Assembly (NCBI RefSeq): GCF_001194135.2
Contig: NC_069002.1
Coordinates: 26,559,460 to 26,623,459, forward strand
Direction of reading: 5' to 3'
Length of the DNA: 64,000 nucleotides
From: Octopus bimaculoides
Taxonomy: Eukaryota
Position numbers and translations under genes: made by a program. The notes below the pieces were generated by a model. The model was not told the origin of the DNA and made no database searches. It saw only the letters and a program-made list of their open reading frames with translations. Within the stretch, counting starts at the first letter, position 1, and each line of letters opens with the position of its first letter. Of this stretch, positions 37,687-51,405 are shown in pieces.

Positions 37687-38237
37687 TACATACATACACA
37701 TGCATATATGGGTACAGGACGTTGCCAAACAGTAAACAACATGAAATACGAAAACAAATGAGTTCAATACGCAAACATCAAGAGAAACAAATGGAAAACA
37801 GGACAAGTAGCATAAGGAACGACCCTTCGTCAGTTGTCGGCTGTCTATCTACTCCACATTTCGAGCATTGAATGATAATATGAGTCTTCGAAGGCAGTTG
37901 CTCCCATATGTGCCCAAATAAAATTTGGGATTTATGGAGGGTGAAGGTTGGGAGTAAAAACAGGACAGTGGAGACATGCAAGGAAACCGAACGAAAACAA
38001 CCATGGGTGGGGGGGCGTTAGACCAGAACGAGGGTATAGCGAATATATATATATATATCTATATATATATACACACACACATTCTATATTTCTTTTTTTT
38101 TCATGTTTTCATGTGTCAACCAAGTTCCTTTTCAGTACATTTTAATATTTTAAAAAATATATTTCTTTCATACTTTTTCTTTCTGCCTTTGTTGAGTGTG
38201 TATGTGTGTGTATCTATGTGTGTGTGTTTGACTTCAG

Positions 38238-38438
38238 CACCAGAAAATCTGCCCTCCCCCCTCCAAAAAAAACCCCACTACTAAACCATGTCTGGCTCCC
38301 AAACTGTCCAATCGAATGGCCAACACCCAAACAACTTCACCGAATCCTTTAAAATTAAATCTTGGCCCCAAAACAACTTCTGGTCTGAAACAGTTGATGC
38401 CAAATGGATCCACATCTGATTCAGCAAAAAAAAAGTAG
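38238..38438 (+). CDS. Possible terminal coding exon (66 aa, S/T/P/K-rich)
   Basis: ttgacttcAG acceptor, open frame HQKICPPPSKKNPTTKPCLAPKLSNRMANTQ...SAKKK*; phase-compatible with the 37558 donor; no homology recognised. Confidence 0.2.
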   Translation, partial: HQKICPPPSKKNPTTKPCLAPKLSNRMANTQTTSPNPLKLNLGPKTTSGLKQLMPNGSTSDSAKKK

Positions 38439-38598
38439 AACAGCGGAGATAAAATTGGTGGCATCAAAACATTCCAAACTCAAAGAAAATACATTGTCTG
38501 ATGCTGTAGAAAATTGTTGTTCTTCTCCTTCCTGCTGTTGTTGTTGTTGTTACTGCCCTAGTTTTTGCTTAATCTCCTAGTCATACCAATTCACATGT

Positions 38599-38980
38599 GG
38601 AGGCGCAATGGCCCAGTGGTTAGGGCAGCGGACTCGCGGTCATAGGATCGCGGTTTCGATTCCTAGACCGGACGTTGTGAGTGTTTATTGAGCGAAGACA
38701 CCTAAAAGCTCCACGTGGCTCCGGCAGGGGATGGTGGCGAACCCTGCTGTACTCTTCCACCACAACTTTCTCTCTCTCTTACTTCCTGTTTCTGTTGTAC
38801 CTGTAATTCAAAGGGTCAGCCTTGTCACACTCTGAGTCACGCTGAATATCCCCGAGAACTACGTTAAGGGTACACGTGTCTGTGGAGTGCTCAGCCACTT
38901 GCACGCTAATTTCACGAGCAGGCTGTTCCGTTGATCGGATCAACTGGAACCCTCGACGTCGTAAGCGACGGAGTGCCGCC
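38599..38980 (+). mobile_element. Full-length young tRNA-derived SINE (family C)
   Basis: A-box tggcccagtgg and B-box ggtttcgattcc, CpG-rich; the tRNA similarity does not end in an acceptor stem; a second copy lies at 52398-52711 on the minus strand. Confidence 0.9.
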
Positions 38981-39704
38981 ACCTATTCACATGCATTCCA
39001 GCCATTACCAACCTACGTTTTTTTTCTTTTTCTTCTTCCTGTCAATGTCTACCTTGTACTACAACACCATCCAATATATCCTTTTCCTTTAAGCCTGTAA
39101 CAATTCAAGTGAGATTTAGCTCCTGTTTCTAGCAGGCAGTGAGACCACATAGAGGCACCTCCTTTGCCAATAATGGAAAAATATAAGAATTTTGCAAGAT
39201 AAAGTTTTTCTCTTGTGTCTTGTGGTGCCTTCTCCTTCTCCATTTGTCTTTGATATCTTCCGAACCTTCCGGTCAGTTGAGTTGGCACAAAGCTTTGTGT
39301 GACGACAACAATTTGAAGAATACCATCTTGGCACCATTCAAAACGGCACATTTAGTCTAGCCCCCATCCCACCCCTGCCTCCACTACTCCCTCTTCTTCC
39401 TCCTCTTCCCTTGCTTCTTCGTCTTTTAATGTTACTACCAGCCTCCCCACCACCACAAAAAAAAACATAATTAAAATAAAATTAAATTAAAAGACCATGG
39501 AATTGGAAGAAGAAGGGTGGGGAATGGGAAGGAGGAAGAGAAAGAAGAATTGTGGTGCTTCTTGCAATGGTTATCTTCAAAGTTTGGTTTTCATGTGAGG
39601 AACCTTCAGGTTGGAGTGGGGGGGGGGTGAGATTGAGAGTCGGTGGAGCATTCTTTCAGAGAAAAATGATTAAAAGATAAACACCATTCTTGTTCTTCAT
39701 AAAC

Positions 39705-39940
39705 TGTTGTGGTGGTGGTGGTGGTGGTGGTGGTGATGATGATGATGATGATGATGACGGTGATGGTGGTGGTGGTGGTGTTCTTATTGATGTTGATGTT
39801 GAATTTTTTGTGAATGGTGGGGTGGGGGTGGGGGTGTCACTGCTGCTGTTGTTTTTGTTGTTCTTGATGTTCTTGTTGTCATCAGTGGTTGTGACATTGT
39901 TGTTATTGCTGTTGTTGTTGTTGTTGTTGTTGTTGTTTAG
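39705..39940. repeat. Compound (GGT)n(GAT)n(TGT)n trinucleotide repeat
   Basis: Direct reading. Confidence 0.9.
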
Positions 39941-40459
39941 CCACATGCTGGACCACATCAAACACCGTCACATGGTATGCCAGCCACGGTCAGCAAGGAC
40001 ACTTTTCTCTTTCTTTTTTAGGCACACGTGTATCTCGGAATACATTATCCATTGCCACCTTATCCCCCTTATCAATATCATTTTTCAATACCCTTAGGTG
40101 TAATTTCTGGTAAATTTGGCTGCTATTTCCAGCAGATCAAACAGCATCGTAACAGACTGCCTCATTAGACCCTCCTTTCCTCCTTAGATTCCCATTCTCT
40201 GTATTTTATACGAACGTGGACGTAAGTATGTGTGTCTACATAAACAGCTACATACATGCATGCGGGTGACACGTAAAAGCACCCACTACACTCTCTGAGT
40301 GGTTGGCGTTAGGAAGGGCATCCAGCTGTAGAAACTCTGCCAAATCAGACTGGAGCCTGGTGTTGCCATCCGGTTTCACCAGTCCTCAGTCAAATCGTCC
40401 AACCCATGCTAGCATGGAAAGCAGACGTTAAACGATGATGATGATGATGATGATGATAT

Positions 40460-40793
40460 ATATGCACATGCATATATGCACATGCATATATGCACACACT
40501 GATGGGAGTGCATATACCTGCATACATTTACATGCACAGCCACAAACATTCCTATGCGCACACACAGACACACACACACACACAGTAAGACGTACAGACT
40601 CAGATATACGTATAGACAGTTACAACTTTCACATACGTACACAGAAGCACTCGAGCATTAATGCACACACACACACACACACACATATTCACACACACGC
40701 ACGTACACAAACTCAGAAGTGCATACATGGACAAATGCACACAAGGAAACATACTTAGACATACACACACACATACACACACAGAATCACAGA

Positions 40794-40826
<33 letters not shown>

Positions 40827-41130
40827 AAGTGTGCCTATACAAACATATAAACTTCATATACGCATGCACTCTCAGACACACATACACATATACGCACACA
40901 CTGTCACACATACACTCAGATTTATATATATATACACACACACACGTATACAACCTTCACATACACACACATGCACACGCAGAAGCAGTCAGATATTCAC
41001 ACACACACTCACTCACACACACACACATATACTCACAGTCACACATACACACTCAGGTATTCATATGCACACACATTCACACACACATACAAACACTGAC
41101 CCAGACACACACACACACACACACACACCT
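40460..41130. repeat. Degenerate CA-rich simple sequence
   Basis: Direct reading. Confidence 0.9.
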
Positions 41131-42300
41131 ATCTGATGTAGTTATTTCCAGTAAAATTGCTCCGTCCAAGCAGTTCCAGCCGTTTTCTTGCTTCAGAACA
41201 TTAGTGAGATGCCAGCGAGATTTGCCAGAGAAATTCCAAGAATTAAAGGCAATTTTCTACTGGCATTAGCTGGCTGATAGTGTTGGAAGAAGACCGTTGC
41301 TGTCCACTCTGTAATTGACCAATTATTGATCAGCAAGCAATCACGGAAACCTTATCTTTAAGCAACTCATTATATCCTGTGCTGGTTGGAAGATAAGGAG
41401 CTGTACTGGTACCGTNNNNNNNNNNNNNNNNNNNNNNNNNNNNNNNNNNNNNNNNNNNNNNNNNNNNNNNNNNNNNNNNNNNNNNNNNNNNNNNNNNNNN
41501 NNNNNNNNNNNNNNNNNNNNNNNNNNNNNNNNNNNNNNNNNNNNNNNNNNNNNNNNNNNNNNNNNNNNNNNNNNNNNNNNNNNNNNNNNNNNNNNNNNNN
41601 NNNNNNNNNNNNNNNNNNNNNNNNNNNNNNNNNNNNNNNNNNNNNNNNNNNNNNNNNNNNNNNNNNNNNNNNNNNNNNNNNNNNNNNNNNNNNNNNNNNN
41701 NNNNNNNNNNNNNNNNNNNNNNNNNNNNNNNNNNNNNNNNNNNNNNNNNNNNNNNNNNNNNNNNNNNNNNNNNNNNNNNNNNNNNNNNNNNNNNNNNNNN
41801 NNNNNNNNNNNNNNNNNNNNNNNNNNNNNNNNNNNNNNNNNNNNNNNNNNNNNNNNNNNNNNNNNNNNNNNNNNNNNNNNNNNNNNNNNNNNNNNNNNNN
41901 NNNNNNNNNNNNNNNNNNNNNNNNNNNNNNNNNNNNNNNNNNNNNNNNNNNNNNNNNNNNNNNNNNNNNNNNNNNNNNNNNNNNNNNNNNNNNNNNNNNN
42001 NNNNNNNNNNNNNNNNNNNNNNNNNNNNNNNNNNNNNNNNNNNNNNNNNNNNNNNNNNNNNNNNNNNNNNNNNNNNNNNNNNNNNNNNNNNNNNNNNNNN
42101 NNNNNNNNNNNNNNNNNNNNNNNNNNNNNNNNNNNNNNNNNNNNNNNNNNNNNNNNNNNNNNNNNNNNNNNNNNNNNNNNNNNNNNNNNNNNNNNNNNNN
42201 NNNNNNNNNNNNNNNNNNNNNNNNNNNNAGGAGGAGAGAGTAAGGGAAGGAGAGAGTAAGGGAAGGAGAGAGAGATAGAGTGTATGTGTGTGTGTGTGTA

Positions 42301-42335
<35 letters not shown>

Positions 42336-43214
42336 ACACGCATTTATGAGAGAGAGAGAGACAAACAGATTGCTTGTCATGTGTGTGTGTGTGTTTGTAA
42401 TTATATGAAAGTGGAGTCAGATTGTGGTGAGAAAGAACATATCTGCATAGAATGTGTGTGTGATAGAGAGAGAGATGCATAATGTAGCTGAATGGTGAGT
42501 TAAGAAGCTCCCAGTACAATCCTGAGGTGTCAAGTTCAATCCTAAAGCAAGGCAGCTTGAGCAGATGTCTTTTACCCAATTCTTTTGGATCGCCTCAAAT
42601 CTTGTGAATGAAACTGGTTAGAATGAGAATGCAAAGAAGTCTCTTTGATGAATTTTATTTTTTAATCAAACAGTAAAGGGCTGTCATATAGTGAGTTATG
42701 CTGATTTCACCTGAGAATTCCATTGAGAGTGCACCTGTCTGTGGAATATTCAACCACTTAGATGTTGATTTGAGGAGCAGGTTTATCAAACAACTGAGTT
42801 TCTATCATCAGAACCAGCGGAGGTCCGTTTTATGTATGTCTGTGTGAAATAAGGGGTCGAAGGAGAAATACGGGGATGGGAATGAAGATGGGATCATGCA
42901 TGTGGCTACGTGTACAGACTGATGGAGAGATGGATGGACAGAGAGACAGATGGACAGATGGACAGAGAGACGGATGGACAGAGAGACAGATGGACGGATG
43001 GACAGAGAGACGGATAGATAGATGGATGGATGGATGGATGGATAAACTGGCAGATGGATAGATAGATAGATACCCTTAACCCCTACATCATTATATTCAT
43101 CCCTTCACCCATCCCCTCATTTCTAACCATTGCTAATTCTCCCATGAACTCTTGAAGCATCTGCTCACCCAGAACTTCTGGTTCTCCTGTCCCCATTGAC
43201 ATCTAATCACCGCC

Positions 43215-43270
<56 letters not shown>

Positions 43271-43940
43271 TTTTTCTACTCTAGGCACAAGGCTGAAAAT
43301 TTGGGGGAGGGGGCCAGACGAAATATCGCTAAGTATTTCGCCCGGTATACTAACATTTTTGCCAGTTCACCTCCTTAATAATGTAAAAATATTTATATTA
43401 GTCAACAATGCAATTATTTCTTACCAGCGATGAAATTAAGTTTTTCCCGAATGTGTTTTGGTTGTTAAATTCAAATCTACTTTACATTTTCTCGCAGCAT
43501 TTCATATTTTTTGAAATAGACATTAATTTATATTTCTATCCGACTGTGTCGGTAACTTACATTAAATGACATTTTATATTAAATGTGATTATTGCTGTAA
43601 AGCACTCAGCATGCACTTCAGGAATTGATACAGAAATAACTTTAATTTCATCTTTTATATAATAGACTGAATTAGATACACAAATAATTGAAGAATATGC
43701 ATTCTACTAGTTTTTAAAAGTGTTTGTGAATATGATTTTCTCTTATGAATTTGGATTTTGCAAAATCTGGCATCACACCTGAACTATAAAGACCCTTTAT
43801 CATAAAATCCTAGGTATTGGTTCCATTGCATCAAATCATATATCTTTGATCGCTTTTTACTAAACCAAGACTTTTTGGAAAGAATTCTAGATTTGAACAT
43901 ATGAGAAAAGCTTTCTCAATGCCAACTGATAACCCATTTC

Positions 43941-44170
43941 TTATTTCTTTATTGCCCACAAGGGGCTAAACATAGAGGGGACAAACAAGGAAAGACAAAC
44001 GGATTAAGTCGATTACATCATCCCAGTGCATAATTGGTAGTTAATTTATCAACCCCGAAAGGATGAAAGGCAAAGTCAACCTCGGCGGAATTTGAACTCA
44101 GAACACAGTGGCAGACAAAATACCACAAAGCATTTCGTCCGGCGTGCTAACGTTTCTGCCAGCTCTCCAC
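43941..44170 (-). mobile_element. SINE family B, full length
   Basis: Aligns end to end with 4691-4924. Confidence 0.85.
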
Positions 44171-44400
44171 TGGCAGAAACTCATTTCTTTGTCAAGAACA
44201 TTCTTGACTCCACTTCTATATGCAAATGATATATTATTCCACAGAAAGTGGTTGGTGTGAGGAAGTGCATCCAGCTGTGGTACCCATACCAAAGCAGTCA
44301 TAGGAGCTGAGTGCCGTTCCCTTGCTCATTAGTTCCCATTGAACCATCCATCCCATACCATCATTGAAAATGGACATTAAACAAGGATAATAATGATTTT

Positions 44401-44936
44401 AATTCTTTAGCATTGAAACCAGCCATATCCAGCCAAAATATTCTGTGTGTTTCATGTTCAAACTTCCCAGATCTGACCTCTCACACCTACCCTACAATGT
44501 CATTCTAAAAATAAACAATCATATCCTCAAAATCTCAAAGCTGTGAGATAATGAATTATTAATTACAAGCATTATATTCAACAGAATAATCTAAATGGTA
44601 GAGAGTTAAGCTGATCTAAAAACTTTAATTAAAATTTTCAATTCTATGAGATAATGCATAATTAATCCAAAACAATGAATAAATAAGGATTACATTTGAT
44701 GGAGTTATCTGATTGCTAAAGGGTTAAACCAGCTTTATGCAACCCAGATATTCTATATATTTTATGTTCAAACTGCCCAAATCTGGTCTCTCACACCTAC
44801 TCTACAATGTCATTTTAAAAATAGACAATCACATCATCTAAATCTCACAGCTGCAAGGTAAGGTATGATTAATTTAAAACAATGAGAGTAAATAAGCATT
44901 AAATTTGACAGAGAAATCTGAATACTAAAGGGTTAA
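44401..44936 (+). mobile_element. Tandem cluster of three TTAA-type MITE segments
   Basis: Three right ends (gagagttaa ~44609, aagggttaa ~44726, aagggttaa 44936); internal sequence matches 35561-35788. Confidence 0.65.
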
Positions 44937-47900
44937 CAGGTTCACCACAGTTTCCATTCCACCCATGTTAAGGGTTTGTTCAAATTGAACAGCATTTAAA
45001 ACCTCCCTCAATTTGTGGTTCCACATGAATTCCCTCCTCTAATTTCTTTTTTTTTTTTTTTTTTTTTTTTNNNNNNNNNNNNNNNNNNNNNNNNNNNNNN
45101 NNNNNNNNNNNNNNNNNNNNNNNNNNNNNNNNNNNNNNNNNNNNNNNNNNNNNNNNNNNNNNNNNNNNNNNNNNNNNNNNNNNNNNNNNNNNNNNNNNNN
45201 NNNNNNNNNNNNNNNNNNNNNNNNNNNNNNNNNNNNNNNNNNNNNNNNNNNNNNNNNNNNNNNNNNNNNNNNNNNNNNNNNNNNNNNNNNNNNNNNNNNN
45301 NNNNNNNNNNNNNNNNNNNNNNNNNNNNNNNNNNNNNNNNNNNNNNNNNNNNNNNNNNNNNNNNNNNNNNNNNNNNNNNNNNNNNNNNNNNNNNNNNNNN
45401 NNNNNNNNNNNNNNNNNNNNNNNNNNNNNNNNNNNNNNNNNNNNNNNNNNNNNNNNNNNNNNNNNNNNNNNNNNNNNNNNNNNNNNNNNNNNNNNNNNNN
45501 NNNNNNNNNNNNNNNNNNNNNNNNNNNNNNNNNNNNNNNNNNNNNNNNNNNNNNNNNNNNNNNNNNNNNNNNNNNNNNNNNNNNNNNNNNNNNNNNNNNN
45601 NNNNNNNNNNNNNNNNNNNNNNNNNNNNNNNNNNNNNNNNNNNNNNNNNNNNNNNNNNNNNNNNNNNNNNNNNNNNNNNNNNNNNNNNNNNNNNNNNNNN
45701 NNNNNNNNNNNNNNNNNNNNNNNNNNNNNNNNNNNNNNNNNNNNNNNNNNNNNNNNNNNNNNNNNNNNNNNNNNNNNNNNNNNNNNNNNNNNNNNNNNNN
45801 NNNNNNNNNNNNNNNNNNNNNNNNNNNNNNNNNNNNNNNNNNNNNNNNNNNNNNCCCCCTCCTTTCACTCTTTTTCTGCCTTCCCTCTTTCCCCTCCCCT
45901 CTCTCACCCCCCTCTCTCTCCTTTTTCTCTCCTTCTCTGCCTTTCACCCTTCCAAGCTTGATAAATACAAGTTAGCATTTTACAGTTTCCATAGTTGATG
46001 TAACCAACTACACACTTTAATGGAAACGCTCCAGCATGGTCACAGTCCAATGACTAAAACCATTAAAAAGAATATCATAACTGGAACCAGTGCGAAAGAC
46101 TTCCATGCATTTTAATTTTCCAAGTTTTTCCCACCGGGTTTGGGTTGATCCAAAACAATCTTTTATCTTTTACTTGTTCCATTCATTAATAATTCTGTGG
46201 CCATGCTGGAGCACCACCCTGCAGAATTTTAGTTGAATGAATTGACCCAGGTGCTTATTCTTATTTTTTAAACCTGGTACTTATTCTATCATTCTCTCTT
46301 GCTGGACTGCTAAGTTATAGGGACGTAAACATACCAACACCAGTTCTCAAGCAATGGTGGAGAAAAATACAAACACACACACACACACACACACACGTGC
46401 ACACATGCTCAAACATATATACATACACAGCAGGCTTCTTTCAGTTTCCCTCTACCAAATCCACTCACAAAGTTTTGGTCATCCTGGGGCTAGAATAGAA
46501 GATACTCACCAAAGGTGCCTCACAGTGAAACTGAACCCAGTACCATGTGGTTGGGAAGCAAGCCTCTTACCACACATCCACTCTTGAAAGGTATTTACCT
46601 GGGATACTTCGCTTTGGGATTGAACTCAAAAATGCATGATTGCAATGCAAGGTGAAGCAGTAAAAACGTTCCACACTGTTTAATCTCATTGCTTCCTCCT
46701 GTGTTCAGAGTTTCAAATCTAACCCAAATCGGTTTAGCTTTCATCTTTTCACAGTTAATTAGTCAAGTCCTATTAATATTGAACTTTTATTGATTGTAAT
46801 CAATCACAGTAATCACAAATATTGATCCTAAGTCTGGTTAAACACAAATAATTAACATTCATTACTTTGAAGAAGATTTTTGGCTTTTTGGATTTATTTC
46901 TGCTGGAAATTCTTCTTCTTCTGGCATTGCTTTAATTACGAGCATGAAACAAAGAATGAAAACACAAGAGGTTTTTTTTTTTTTTTGTTAGAAATATGGA
47001 GATTTTTGTTTGTGAGAGGTGTCATGTGTTTTTGAAGTAAGAATTTGTGTGTGAGGAATTATCCAAGACAAATGGTTGTGCTGAAGAAAAATAACAATTC
47101 CGCTTACTTCCCAGCATTGTTCCGTTTTAATATTTAATTATATCACTGCTGTTTCCTTTACATCTATTAAAGTCTTCATATGGATTGTATCATCATCATC
47201 ATCATCATTATTATTATCATCATCATCATCATCATCACTACCAGCATGATGATGATGACAATCATCATCATCATCACCATCATCATCACCATCATCACCA
47301 TCATCATCATCACCACCACTTCCACTCTTCCATGCTTGCTTGGATTGCACAGTGTTTATTGAAGTAGATCTTCTACGACTGGATGTCCTTCCTGTCACTA
47401 ACCCTCAACAGTTTTCTAGGCCAGGTAATATTTTCCCCCATGGCAAGACAGGTTTATTGCTGAATACTGGAAACGAATCACAAGGAAGGAAATGCACACA
47501 CACACATATATGTATGAATTCATGCATAAGTAGCTGAGTACACCACAGACATGTGCACCAGGCTTAATGTAATCCTCAAACAGAACCTTTGCAACTCAGT
47601 ATATAACATGGTTTTACTTTTGAATCATAAGTAGAGTCAAACCAATAGGGCTTCCTCACAGTTTCCATCTACCACATTTTTCTCACAAAGCTCAGGCTGA
47701 CCATGGTAAAAGATACTGGGCCAAGGTGCCATCCTGTGGGATTGAACCAGCTGTTCTCATTGCTGCTATTAAGGCCACATATGGCCCTCAAGCATCCTTT
47801 TGGCAGCCTTCGACAGTCTTCTCTGTATAAATATAATAAATTTTTCTTTATTCAACTTTTTTGGTGTGCCCCTCCCCTTTAAAAAATCCAGGTTTTGGAT

Positions 47901-48539
47901 CTGACCCAGATATTAAAATGGGTTGAGAACAACTAACTTAGATATAGCAAAGCAAATTTTTTTTTTAGCTTTTAGTGATATAAAAATAAATATTCATTCA
48001 AAGAGATAGGGAGATAAATTGATGTCGAGAAAGATAGATATGCAGACAAATACTTCAACAGACACACAGACAGATAAGATAAATTGATGTGTGTGTGTGT
48101 GTGTATGATCCTTTAGATGTAAACTAGACTTATTTTAGTAGAAGCAAATAATGAAATGTGTCTGAGGTGAATGATCAGTGACACTGACACAGATAGGGAA
48201 GGGCAACGGGTCCTGTTTTGAAAAGGTGAAACACTTTTTCAATGATAACCCATGATTGTGTTCTCTCCTACAAATCTCACTTAGCCGTTTACCATTTGAT
48301 ATTCAGATTACTCTGCATTCACATTGCTTTGAATAGCCCCAGTATGGCCACAGTCTAATCTCTGAAACAAGTAAAAGATAAAAGATGAAAGATGTATGGA
48401 ATAAACCACCATTAAATAACTGGATCGTGTTTTCATTTGATCGGCCCTTTTGTTAAAATTTACATGTGTGGAGCCAATTGAAGGATCAACCAAACGAGCT
48501 GTGTGATTAAAACTGAGTTGGGACAAATCAATGTAGCCT

Positions 48540-48700
48540 CTGATATACAAAGAGATGAATGTCATGGCTGGAGAGCTTTCATTGTAGGTCTGTTCACTTG
48601 CAGCTAAAGCGTGGTGACACATGAAACGACACTTTCTGCACAACGAGGAATCTTCTACTTCAATGGTCCTCAAGTGTTCCTCTCAAGTTTGTAAACCCCA
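48540..48700 (-). pseudogene. Possible non-LTR retrotransposon C-terminal Cys-motif remnant
   Basis: HLRTIEVEDSSLCRKC...CHHALAA resembles the HL..IG..D...CR.C...H..C.C..LA motif of I/R1/LOA-group LINEs; heavily degenerate. Confidence 0.3.
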
Positions 48701-49288
48701 CATGTTTAATCATATTTACCTCCTCACGTCCATGCAAAAATATGTGCTCAACAATCATTACGTGTCAAAACACAGATCACTGCTATGATACTTTCAGCAT
48801 TTGTCCTTATTTACCTCCGTCTTTTATCATTAACCTGTTTCGGTCAATAGACTGTGGCCATGCTGGGGCACTGCCTTGAAGTGTTTTAGTCAAACAAATC
48901 AACCCCAGTCCTTATTTTCTTTTTTAGCCGGATACTGATTCTATCATTCTCTTTCACTGAACTGCTAAGTTACAGTGACATGAACACGCCAACACTAATT
49001 GTCGGTTGATGGTCGGGGATAAACACAGAGACAAACACACACAAGCACACAAACACACACATGCATACATATAGTACTGGCTTCTTTCAGTTTCCATCTG
49101 CCAAATCCATCCACAATGCTTTGGTCAGACAGAGGCTATAGTAGAAGTCACTTGCCCAAGGTGCCATGCACTAGCACTAAAACTGGAATGATGTGGTTGA
49201 GAAACAAACTTCTTACCACACAGCCATATAAACATATACATTAAATGTTACATTACTACAAAAGTCACCTTATTGACAATAGGCTACA

Positions 49289-49460
49289 TTTAAGATAGCA
49301 TGTAAGCACCAACATGCATGCATATATTGGTACTAGTATGTCCTTGTTCTGACTGCTATCTTTAAGATAGCATGTTAGCACCAACATGCATACATATATT
49401 GGTACTAGTATGTCCTTGTTCTGACTGCTATCTTTAAGATATCATGTTAGTACCAATATT
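49289..49460. repeat. 72-bp tandem repeat, about 2.4 copies
   Basis: tttaagatagcatg... starts at 49289, 49361 and 49433. Confidence 0.9.
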
Positions 49461-49500
49461 CATACATACATACTTACATACATACATACATATATATACG

Positions 49501-49552
<52 letters not shown>

Positions 49553-50079
49553 AATACATATGTACATGCAGCTCTTATTGATATGGTGGGTTAGAGTGTT
49601 TCTACACCCAGATAAATGACCTAAAGAATAGAAAACCAGACACATTGTCATATATTTATAATGTTACATTCATTAAAAAAAGAGCAAATCCATTTTTTTC
49701 ATTACATAACATACATGTGTGTGGACTTATGAATACATATGTATATATCATCATCATCATCATTCGATGATATATAAATATATATATATATTTATATATA
49801 TATAGAAAGAGAGAGCATTATAAAAATACATGTATTTACATACATATATATATATTGTATATACACCTAAATAAACATATATGTACATATATATATAAAC
49901 ATATGTATAAGTATGTTTTTATGTATGTATGTTTTATATATATGTGTTAATAAATTATAAATGCCGGCCCTCATTGAATTAGATATGTAAAGACAGGTGG
50001 AGAGGAATGTCTGTCTTGGAGGTTGTCCTCAACCATAATAAAATTCCATAAATCTCTCTGCTTCACCATTTTCACTCTA

Positions 50080-50111
<32 letters not shown>

Positions 50112-50916
50112 ATACTTTCTCTTTCCTTTGTCTTTCTACCTATTTCCTTTCTCTTCATCTCATTTCTCTGTCTATCCGTCACCCATTCTATAGCATACAC
50201 ATACATAAAATATACTTATAGACACACACACATACACACACACATATACACACACAGGTTCGGTGTAGTGTAACTCTACTAGCTACTAATGATTACAACT
50301 ACCACCACCACCACACCACCATCACTACCATTATCATCATCATCGCCATCACCACCACCACCACTGCTATCACTTCTTCCACCACTACCTCCACCATCAC
50401 TATCACTACTATCACCACCACTGCTGTCGCCACCACCACCACTGCTTGAAATAACAGCCAAATTTTCTTCAAATCATACCTTTCTTCTGTCTTTCTTTTT
50501 TTGCTTTTTAAAAACATTACATTTGCCAACATAGTCTTGGATACAGGCTAGACTGCCTGAAATTAAGACTGGGTTGTCATGGGTGGAATGATGTGAACAT
50601 AGGTTTATGCTCCTTCAGAGCAATGTTTGTACCTTTCCAAATGAATGCCTCAACTTTACATGTCATATAAATCTGAGGTGTTGGTCATAATTGGAATATC
50701 TTTGAACATAGGTCTGCTTACTCCTTCAGGGCTCACTTTGGGGCCAAGCAACAACTTTTAGTGGGCATGCCTCAACCTCATATTTCATATAATTCTGAGG
50801 GGTTGGTCACATTTGTGTTGTCCTAAATGTTCTTCTGTCAAGAACATTTAGGACAATACAAGGACAGTAAGAATTTAATAATAATAATAATGATAATAAT
50901 GATGATGATGATAATG

Positions 50917-51359
50917 ATCCTTTTTACTGAAGGCACATTTTTGGAGACAGGGCTTGTTGGTTACATCAAACCAGTGCATAACTGGTACTTATTTTATTGA
51001 CCCCAAAAGGATGAAAGGCAAAGTCAACCTTGGCAGAATTTGAACTCAGAATAGACATTATGCTGCTAGGCATCTTACCCAATGTACTAATGATTCTGCA
51101 AGTCCACTGCCCTAATAATAATAATAGTAATAACAATAATAATCCTTTCTACTATAGGCACAAGGCCTGAAAATTTAGGGGAGGGGGCTAGTCAATTACA
51201 TCGATCCCCAGTGCTTCACTGGTACTTATTGCATCGACCCCCAAAAGGATGAACAGCAAAGTCAACCTCGGCAGAATTTGAACTCAGAATGTTGAAATGG
51301 ACAAAATGCTACTAGGCTTTTTTTTCCCAGCCTGTTAACAATTCTGCCAGTTTGCTGCC

Positions 51360-51405
<46 letters not shown>

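Noticed and set aside
38599-38675. tRNA gene
   Set aside because: No closing acceptor stem or T-run terminator; it continues into a SINE body present in several copies.
46865-46935. Possible minus-strand exon MPEEEEFPAEINPKSQKSSS
   Set aside because: AAG acceptor and weak donor (aa|gtaatg); no supporting neighbouring exon.
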